In this document: piece by piece, positions 52,744 through 62,139 of the stretch
Numbering within the stretch: the stretch's first letter is position 1
How the letters are laid out: every line of letters starts with the position of its first letter
NCBI RefSeq assembly: GCF_006345805.1
Contig: NW_021832260.1
Location: 1-62,139 of the forward strand
DNA: 62,139 nt
Source: Octopus sinensis
Lineage: Eukaryota
Reading direction: 5' to 3'
The notes under the pieces: model-generated
The model's input: only the letters and a program-made list of their open reading frames with translations
Databases searched by the model: none
Told to the model about the DNA's origin: nothing
Program-made: the position numbers and the translations under genes

Positions 52744-53860
52744 ATATTGTTATATTTCGGAATGGTCATATTGCCAGTTTAGCCAATAAAAACACACGCA
52801 CTATATATTTGGTGTTATTTTGCTTCAGTGTTATTTATTTTTTACATTAATCTTAATCTTATTTCGGCCAGAGTTCTTTCGTCACACTCCTATCCTTTTA
52901 GTAGAACCCCCTGTACTGTATGTAGATTTAGCCCACAAACAAACTGTAAACCCAGAAATGTAGTCTATAGTATAAGATGTATAGAGGGACGATGCAGTAA
53001 CAAGACAACGACATACGTAGGGGAAACGGCAAGAAGCATAGGAGAGCGGGTAAATAAGCATTGGAGACAACTCAAGGAAGGTAAAAGCTCATCGATTCTG
53101 TACCAACTTGCCGAACAGGAACACGGGGGATCAATCAATAACATAGAAATTAAAATATTATCCACACAATAATCAGATGCAACAATTAGACAAATTACAG
53201 AAGCTACACACACAATAGAAAATAAACCTAGCCTGAATAGAAAACTAGAATGGAGCACTAACAGACACCACAACATATGACGATAGAGGATCCTGAAAAC
53301 ATAATAAATACACAGATAAATAAACTAATAGAAATAAATAACTATATATATATATATTTTTCGATTCGATTTATTATTATTATTACTAGTATTGTTGTTA
53401 TACATACATACATACATACATACAAGCATATGTAATGATAATAATGAGTGGATGTAAACACATGAACAAAATAAGAATAAACAAAAGCAACAAAAACAAA
53501 AACAAAATACAAATTACATGAACATATATAAACAGAAGATACAAATATTACAGGCATCCCCCCCACATACACACACTAAATAAACATAGACGCACATAGA
53601 GATATAAGCATGCGCAAATGAAGACATACAATAGAAATACAAAATGGCTGACGATTAGTAAGGAGAGACACAAATAAGAAAGAAGAAAACAAAGGACCAC
53701 TGATGCGGTCACAGGAGTGTGACGAAAGAACTCTGGCCGAAATAAGATTAAGATTAATGTAAAAAATAAATAACACTGAAGCAAAATAACACCAAATATA
53801 TAGTGCGTGTGTTTTTATTGGCTAAACTTGCAAAATGACCATTCCGAAATATAACAATAT
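52744..53860 (+). mobile_element. 5'-truncated PLE with an inverted pseudo-LTR (148 bp arms)
   Basis: 52744-52891 is the reverse complement of 53713-53860. Between them: PCTVCRFSPQTNCKPRNVVYSIRC...YVGETARSIGERVNKH...KILSTQ*SDATIRQITEATHTIENKPSLNRK. Confidence 0.92.
53694..53738 (+). ncRNA. Type I hammerhead-like motif in the PLE pseudo-LTR, with an A9C deviation
   Basis: GGACCA-CUGAUGC-G-GUCAC-AGGAGU-GUGAC-GAA-AGAACU-C-UGGCC. Confidence 0.6.
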
Positions 53861-54370
53861 CTGTTTCAACACACGACTTCACATAAAAAATCTTGCACAA
53901 CAAATATTTAAACGTATATATATATATACACACGTAGAAATTCGTGCATTCAACAGTCATGTTTACACCTATCTGTCTTCTGATGTGTATGTGTGCGTGC
54001 GCGTGTTGTGTGTGTGTGTGTCTGTCTGTCTGTGCGTGCGTGTGGGTTAGCGTGTATGTTTTTATGTCTATGTTTGTCCACCAACACCGCTTGACAGAGT
54101 AACTTAAACAAGATAAAAGATACCCTTTACCACGTAACCTGGTAGTTTCAGTGGCCGCTGTAGACGGCACTCGTCTGTCAGCGACATAAATTCGAGTGCT
54201 TTTACGCATCAAGAATCCATATGAGACGTTCTCGCGAGGTAAAAAAATGCTGTGTTCTGTGTTTAGTTGAAGGCAAAAAACTGTCTTTTGGCATCTCTCT
54301 CTCTCTTTATATATATATATATATATATTTATATATTATATATATATTATATATATATATATTATATATA

Positions 54371-54560
54371 TTGGAGATGTACTCGCATAGCAAGTAACTT
54401 GATCTGAGATCGTGTGCTGAAACGAAAACAATTGCAGCGTGGAAGGTGTTTATAAGCCATTTAAGAAACACACAAAAGCCGTTCGATTCACTCCAACATT
54501 TAAGTTTAATTTGTCAAAATATTTTCGTCGCTAAAATCCGCGACCTGTTCACTGACAAAG
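54371..54560 (-). mobile_element. About 190 bp non-coding element between (TA)n tracts, beginning with a hammerhead
   Basis: Sharp boundaries against TA microsatellite on both sides; the 5' end coincides with hammerhead stem I. Only one copy is in the window, so its repeat status is inferred. Confidence 0.55.
54510..54559 (-). ncRNA. Complete minimal type I hammerhead motif with G3:C8 core
   Basis: UUUGUCA-GUGAACA-G-GUCGC-GGAUUUUA-GCGAC-GAA-AAUAUU-U-UGACAAA: 7 bp stem I, 5 bp stem II and palindromic stem III. Confidence 0.75.
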
Positions 54561-55621
54561 TATATATAAGGCTAGATAGATAGTATTCCTTTCGTTAGCT
54601 CATTTACACCCATTGTGACTGCAGCACGGGACGTTACAAGCCATGACGGATTTCAGGAAATTTTAGCAAAATCATTTTCAAACCCATGTATTTAGTTTCC
54701 AATGCAAGGACACTTGATCAGGGACTATGGTAATAGTAATGTGGAGTGCTTTTAAGCTTATTTGGAGAAAATGTAATATTTTGATATCGAAGAAACTTTT
54801 CTTTTGAATTTATTTTCACCCTTATCTATTTTCTTTCAGTCTCTCCACCCTACTTCATATTTTCTGTGTATTGTGTCGATTTCGAAAAAAAAAAGAAAAA
54901 ACAAAGAAAACGAAAACCAGAAAACGAAAAATATCAGAAACCATTTCCATTCCCAAAGGTGATGGGCTGAAAGTGGGGATGAAAATAATGCTGAGTGCGG
55001 TTTTGCACTTTAGCGTATAACGGTGAAACTAAACGAGTGGAATACAACACATGACTTGGTGTTACCCATGAATAGATGTTGACACCGAACACTGCAAAAC
55101 AGGAAACTCCGTGATCGCTTGTTGTTGCTGTTGACGTTGTTAGTGTGACTGTTGTTTAGCCCAAGGCCAGCTTTGATACAGCAGAAGGACCCATTATCAA
55201 AGATATTCTAGCTGTAACTATCCACCTGAACTCTTGATTTTTTTTTCTTTTCAAGTACGTTTCCAGTAATCCACACCTACACACACATCACCTTTACTCT
55301 TTTAGTATAATAGGATGGGATTTTGTGATGTGAGGGAAATGTTTAGCTGCTCTTTCGAGCTAAAACATGTTCTGACATTTTTACAGTACTACTCTCGCCC
55401 TCATTCATTCTCTCTCCCTCCCGCCTCCCTCTCTTCATCTATCTATCACTATATAATTCCTATCTTGTCTCTTTTCTCTTCTGTCCACTATTTACCTTTA
55501 TATAATTCCCGCCTGCTCTCTCTTTATCTATCTATCTATATATATATATAGAAAGAGAAAGGGTCAGAGTAGGGTATATATATATATATATATGCCCTAC
55601 TCTGACCCTTTCTCTTTCTAT

Positions 55622-55663
<42 letters not shown>

Positions 55664-55989
55664 TCACAGTAGTGAATAGAAAACATCCTTTCTGTTTTAT
55701 GTATTTACAATCAAATCAACCGAAACAGTGCGAGTCATATGTCTTGGTTACAGAGAAACTGGCTATTTCTCTCTTATATCTAGTCTGTCAACTCGACTTT
55801 CTCCCACAAAGACAACGACTCAAATATATTTATGAAAAAATACGCCGACTGTGAGTCATTCCCTATCTACAATCTACTCATTAAAACGCCATCTTCAGAG
55901 TCTACTTTTTCCCTCCAAAAGACGTCACATTCGACATCGGCACACCGAAATCTTTGGCAAATTTCAAGACAAATTTGTTTCGTGCAATT

Positions 55990-56145
55990 ATCTTTTATCC
56001 TTTATTTGTTTCAGTTATTGAATTGCGGCTATGCTGGAGCATCGAGCTGAAGTGTTTTCTCTTTTACACGATCAAATCAACTACTTCTAACGGTGTCATT
56101 TTGCAAAGTGACTTGAGTAAACAAACCAGCATCGGTTGTTAAATG
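55990..56145 (-). mobile_element. Family B SINE 3' part
   Basis: tttatttgtttcagttattgaattgcggctatgctggagca...cagcatcggttgt. Confidence 0.75.
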
Positions 56146-56319
56146 GTGATAGACAAACAGAAAGATGCACACATACAATGGTCTTCGACACAGTTTCTAT
56201 CTATCAGAGGAATTCACACACACATACACTCACACACTCTCTCTATCTCACACACACACACATGACCTCACATATATACGCATATACACGAAAAAATTTC
56301 CCCAGTTGCAGTTTCCCAA

Positions 56320-56354
<35 letters not shown>

Positions 56355-56553
56355 TGCAACTCACACATACATGTAGGACATTTAGTCAAGTTCTGCCCCT
56401 TAAATTCTCTTACAGGTCATTGGACGACCAGGACGACGGGCACTGCAACCGAACCCGAGAACATGGCTCCAAACCGAATTTCTTCACCACACAACAATGT
56501 CTGCGCCTGTGATCCTTTCCTTTCACTTAAACCTTATTTATTATGTTTTAGTT

Positions 56554-56567
56554 GTTGCTATGGTAAC
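56554..56567. promoter_or_regulatory. RFX X-box-like motif GTTGCTATGGTAAC
   Basis: Matches the palindromic X-box consensus; function unsupported. A one-mismatch version lies at 46776-46789. Confidence 0.3.
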
Positions 56568-56703
56568 TTTTCCCACGCAAGGAGATTATTTAACGCCTTG
56601 ATCCTTTGCTAGTTGATGAGCGGAAGAAAGAAATCCTATGATACAAATATGCACGGCAAGCAAAAACTGAACGATATATCTGTCTGCAGAAGTATGTGTG
56701 TGT

Positions 56704-56735
<32 letters not shown>

Positions 56736-56884
56736 TGTGTGTGGTGTGTGCGCGCGCTTGTGTGGTTGGATGGGAGTGTATTTGTGTGTGTGTGTATTTG
56801 TGTGTATATAATTGTGTGTAAATATGTGTATATATACAAGTATACATATAAATATATCTGTATGCATACATCTTTCTCTCTCTC

Positions 56885-56943
<59 letters not shown>

Positions 56944-57594
56944 CGTACATACGCATATATAATATATATATATATTATATAATATATATTATACGTACAT
57001 ACGCATATATATATATACATGCATATGTGTATATCAACACACACACAAACGTTTTCTTTGCATAAAATCTTTGTCTAATACAGTTTATCAGTCTACTTAT
57101 CGCTTCAAGTTACAATGTTGTCATAAAAGACGTCCGATTACAATACGTTACGCATGTATGTGCCGGTATGTGTGCGTGTGTATATTATATATATATACAT
57201 AAACTCACATGTATATACATGCTTATACATATATGTATGCACACTCACACATACACACAAACATGTCTGTATGCACACTCACACATACACACAAACATGT
57301 CTGTATGTAAGCACACATAATGTACAGGCGACAGCATTTATTCCAATTACGGATTATGTCATAATGGTACCAAGCACATTTCATTATCTACAATCACTTC
57401 ATCGCTGACTATCTGAAAATAAATAAAATGTATGCGCTCACGAGATTCAAAGCTTCGGATATTGTTATCAGTATTTCCGAATAAACTACATTCAATGCTC
57501 ACTCACTAATGAACTATTAGAGACATGATACGAACACAAAAAAAATTAACAATGCCTAGATTATTTTTTAATTAATGTCTAAACAATTTTTAAG

Positions 57595-57855
57595 GAAGTT
57601 TGCTTGCCATTAACATAGTTCCGGGTTCAGTTCCAAAGCGTGGAACCCTTGGCAAGTATCTTCTACTATAGTCTCGGCATGACTAAGGCCTTTGTGAGTG
57701 GATGATTTGGTAAACGGAAATTGAAAGAAGCCCGCCGAATATGTAAAATATACATACATAAGTATGTGTGCGTGAGTGTGTGTGTGTGTCATTGTGTTAG
57801 TGGGTTTACGTCTCCGTAACCTAGCGTCTCGGCGAAAGAAACCTATGGAATAAGT
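57595..57855 (+). mobile_element. Family B SINE, degenerate
   Basis: gttccgggttcagttcc...ggcaagtatcttctactatag...gaaagaagcccg. Confidence 0.8.
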
Positions 57856-57876
57856 GAGTGTGTGTATGTGTGTGTG

Positions 57877-57928
<52 letters not shown>

Positions 57929-57929
<1 letters not shown>

Positions 57930-58320
57930 CTTTTACTTGTTTCAGTCATTTGACTGTGGCCATGCTGGAGCACCGCCTTTTGTCGAGCAAATCGACCCCG
58001 GGACTTATTCTTTGTAAGCCCAATACTTATTCTATCGGTCTCTTTTGCCGAACCGCTAAGTGACGGGGACGTAAACACACCAGCATCGGTTGTCAAGCAA
58101 TGCTAGACAAACACAGACACACAAACATATAGACACATATACACACACATATATATATATACATATATACGACAGGCTTCTTTCAGTTTCCGTCTACTAA
58201 ATCCATTCACAAGGCATTGGTCGGCCCGGGGCTATATATACACAAACATATACACATACATACATACAGAACCATGTGGTTGGTAAACAACCTACTTACC
58301 ACATAGCCACTCCTGTGCCT
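57929..58320 (-). mobile_element. Family B SINE (well preserved)
   Basis: Complete tail tcttttacttgtttcagtcatttgactgtggccatgctggagcaccgcc and head ...ttaccacatagccactcctgtgcct. Confidence 0.93.
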
Positions 58321-58323
58321 ATA

Positions 58324-58358
<35 letters not shown>

Positions 58359-58680
58359 CTCTTTTACTCGTTTCAGTTATTTGACTGCGGCCATGCTGGA
58401 GCACCGCCTTTAGTCGAGCGTATCGACTCCAGGACTTATTCTTTGTAAGTTGGAGGGACAAACACAGGCATACAAACATATACACACACATATGTATGTG
58501 TATGTATGTGTATATGTTTGTGTATATATATATACGACGAACTTCTTTCAGTTTCCGTCTCACAAGGCTTTGGTCGGCCCGAGGTTATAATAGAAGACAT
58601 TCGCCCAAGGTGCCACGCATTGGGACTGAACAGGGAACCATGTGGTTGGTAAGTAAGCTACTTACCACACAGCCACTCCT
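58359..58680 (-). mobile_element. Family B SINE, tandem with the previous copy
   Basis: Same head and tail, with an internal deletion. Confidence 0.9.
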
Positions 58681-59194
58681 GAGCAAATATTCGTATACAT
58701 ATTATTGTTATTATCCAAGGTAATATATTTCTAGCAGGCAGGCGCATCTGTGTGACCTTATGACACTACGCGCGCACACACACATTTATAGAGAGATAGA
58801 GAGTGTGTCTGTGTGTGTATGTATATACATAGATTTATGTATATATGGATATACACACACATATCCTTCCCATACAATAAATAAATAGAAAAAGTTAATC
58901 CCAGACCGATTAGCATTGCCCCATTGAGCTTGAAGTGATTAATATGAGTATTGTATATCATTAATCTAGGGACTAATTAGCTGTAAATCTTTCAGATAAG
59001 TCGACAACGGTATCCTTCATCCTTTTATTTCTACAAGCAATTCAAATAGTGTGGACTCTAATCGTACTAAGAAGTATGGACTCGAAAACTCTAAAAATGA
59101 AACCCAATCGGTTCACTTCTAGTTTGATGTTTCCCATACTTTCTTTTTGTGTTGTTTTATTTTACGTTTTATGTAAGTGCCAACCTTTTTTTTT

Positions 59195-59580
59195 ATCTTT
59201 TACTTGTTTCAGTCATTGAAATGCAGTGATGCTGAGGCACCACCTTGAAGCATTTTGTCGAATTAATCAACCAACCACAGCACTTATTTTGTAAAGCCTG
59301 TTACTTATTCTATCGGTGTCTTTTGCTGAACCACGAAGTTACGTGGACACAAACTCACCAACACAAGTTGCCAATGGTGGGGAATAAACAAAAACATAGA
59401 CACGCGAATGCGCATGTATGTATGTATATATGTATACATACACACACACGACTTCTTTCAGTTCCCGTCTACGAAATCCATTCACAAGGCTTTGGTTTGT
59501 GCCGAGGCAATAACAGACGACACTTGCCTAAAGCGCAACGCAGTAAAGCTGAACTGAGAACCCTGTGACTGAGAGGGGCA
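59195..59580 (-). mobile_element. Family B SINE, diverged
   Basis: Tail, body and partial head are recognisable. Confidence 0.8.
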
Positions 59581-60258
59581 AACTGCTGACCAGTCAGCCA
59601 CGAAGGCGCCGGCGAAGTCTTATAAAATAAATCCTGTCTCTTTCGACAGGATATATGTACACACGATTATTTCTATCTTCACTGCTTCGTGTTCCCTTTT
59701 AGTGCTGTTCTCACCATTTGCTTGTTCTATAGGTAGAGAAAGAGAGAGTGGAAGAGGAGAGAAGAGAAAGAAAGAACGAGGTAGAGAGAGAAATAGGGAA
59801 ATAGTGGGAGAAGTAGAGAAAGAAAGTGCTAGAGGTAGTGGGTTATGATGAGAGAGAAAAAGACACACAGAAAGAAAGAAAAAGAGAATGAGAGAGATAG
59901 AGAGCGACAGAGAGAGAGAGTCACAGAGGGACAGAAGAATCGATTACTATACTTGAATGGAATTTAAGAAAAATGAAACAGAAAATTTGATGACGGCAGA
60001 ATTAGAGGTTCGAATGTAGAGAGTCAGAACAAATACCGGAAGAAACTTTAGTCGTTCCTCTAACGACTTCGCCATGCATGATGTCAGCAACAATTCGATA
60101 GGGAAAGAACGCTAGCATATTATTCTGACATGGCTTCTGTTAACCTTGAGTAAGCTTCTAAATTTTATGCATTTTTATGCAGTTATTTTTCCACGGCGAA
60201 AATTCTTTTTAGAGAAAGCAAATTGTTCACCTATTTCTCACACTGCCATTATCACCAC

Positions 60259-60291
<33 letters not shown>

Positions 60292-60590
60292 GTGGAAATA
60301 ATTAGCTTTACTATATACACTTTAGACTTCCATATATTATTTGGAAGTAATTAGTGTGAATATTCATTAATATATTTTTTAATTGACTTAATGACTATTA
60401 ATCCGGGAAATTGAGAATCAGATTACGTATGTATATAAATGTTCGCCTGAAAAAAAAATAATATATACATATAATATATATGATATGTACATATAATATA
60501 CATAATATAATATATAAATATATGTGATATATATAATATATACATATAATATATATATAATGTGTATAATATATATATATATATGATATA

Positions 60591-60960
60591 TCTCTCTATA
60601 TATGTAAAGCTGAAGTTGTCTATATATGGCAGGTTTAGTAGCCTTCAACTAACACTATCTCCTCCGAGACCCTGCGGCGCAAGTTGACCAAAATTGAGAG
60701 TATGATAGGGGAAGGCTATCATACAATCGGACCATGTTAACACAAAAAATTATTTACATAAAAAAAGTGCTTTTTTCCTATGAAAATTCCTATTTTTTAC
60801 GATTTTTGACTGCTGTGTCGCCATTTTTCGGTGTATTTCAACCTGAAAAATGTTCACTTAAAGGGAATAACAAGATACATAATGCAAAACTTTTACTTTT
60901 CAAAAATTTCAATTCTAAAGGGTCGAAACAAACCTGATTAACGCCGGGTGATACTGCTAG
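60591..60960 (+). mobile_element. Probable non-autonomous Helitron
   Basis: Starts TCTCTCTATATATGTAAAG after an A and ends in GC-rich cgccgggtg...CTAG (5'-TC and 3'-CTAG hallmarks). The 3' flank is C rather than the usual T, and the terminal hairpin is weak. Confidence 0.5.
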
Positions 60961-60961
60961 C

Positions 60962-61007
<46 letters not shown>

Positions 61008-61057
61008 TGGGTGGTTTGTGTATATATGTGTATATATATGCATATATATATATATTG

Positions 61058-61109
<52 letters not shown>

Positions 61110-61731
61110 ATATATTATTTGTATGTAAGTTGTATTTATGTATGAATGTGTTTGTGTGGTGAGTGAAGAGAGAGAGAGGGGAAAGAGTGAAGGGTGTGTG
61201 TTGTCATGTATACGTATACACATAAATACATATGCATACATCTCTTTTGTATGTACGTGTGTGTGTGTGTGTGAAAGACAGAGAAATTGATGTCTAAGTG
61301 GCTCTCTCTCTCTCTCTCTTCTCTCAACCACACACACCAACACATACGCGTACATACACACAAAAATGATGTATGCATCTTTAGTTATGTATATACATAT
61401 ACATGACAATACACTCCATTCACTCAATCTTTCTCTCTCTCACACGTCCATTTCATATTCCCGTACATACAACTTTCAGTTTCTCCTCTCTTCCATTTAA
61501 AAATGCAAATAAATGTACATTTTTACGGAAACAAACGAACAAAACCAGCTGTTCATTTTGGCATTTCTGCGGGTTCGACCGAAAGAATGTTAAAATATAC
61601 GACTGAAAAAGAACATTTAGCAGCAAAGGCACGACAGCAGACAATATAAAAATGATTAGAATTGAGAATCAATGTAGAAATATTATCAAGTGGCTGGCAT
61701 TAAAAAGTCCGGGGGCAGTCTTTGTGCTAGT

Positions 61732-61809
<78 letters not shown>

Positions 61810-61810
<1 letters not shown>

Positions 61811-61950
61811 TTCACTTCACGTTGCTCCTGTTCACTCAGCTGGCAAAAATGAGCAACGCTGCGAAGACTGTCGTCCCGTCCACTGGGGAACACATACGAC
61901 ATGGAAACCGGGCCCATGAGCTGGCTAGGCTTTAAAAGGGCACATTTTAT
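61810..61950 (+). mobile_element. Headless SINE fragment (family C-like start, then a V-domain-like segment)
   Basis: ttcacgttgctcc.gt.cactc..ggcaaaaatgag is shared with 25825-26112 and is followed by gcgaagactgtcgtcccgtcca. Confidence 0.5.
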
Positions 61951-62139
61951 ATATGAGGATAGCATAGCATCGGCTTCTATTGTGCGGACTGTGTGTGTAT
62001 ATATATATATATACACAGTCTGCACAATAGAAGCCGATGCTATGCTATTCCTCTACTCGCTGCTTGTCATGTTTGCTGAATACTTTCACCATTCCTAGTG
62101 AGGTTATTTCTGCTTCACATTTAACTTGTAAATTTTACT

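Overview
Eukaryotic, very AT-rich and repeat-dominated DNA (intergenic or a large intron). No host protein-coding gene, tRNA gene, rRNA or CRISPR array can be supported. The microsatellite load and SINE families suggest an octopus (coleoid cephalopod) genome; this is an inference and needs a BLAST check. Contents: (1) many copies of three to four tRNA-derived SINE families; (2) decayed CR1-group and R4/Dong-like (RLE) LINE fragments; (3) at least seven Penelope-like element (PLE) remnants, two with the classic inverted pseudo-LTR structure (26.2-29.1 kb and 52.7-53.9 kb); (4) a MITE, a probable non-autonomous Helitron, and long (TA)n/(CA)n/(TAA)n tracts, including a 2.7 kb (TA)/TGCA array. Most ORFs in the supplied track are microsatellite artefacts. 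The main signal is a set of minimal type I hammerhead ribozyme (HHR) motifs, found by hand in PLE 3' regions and short orphan repeats. Their catalytic cores covary at the 3:8 tertiary pair: C3:G8, U3:A8 (two unrelated repeats) and G3:C8 (one structurally complete copy heading a 190 bp element). Other points of interest: a head-to-head PLE/LINE chimera with a possible shared TSD, a SINE subfamily that appears to target its own older copies, a LINE/SINE shared 3' tail, and (TA)n-centred foldback palindromes. All structures were parsed by eye; no alignments, folding or database searches were run.
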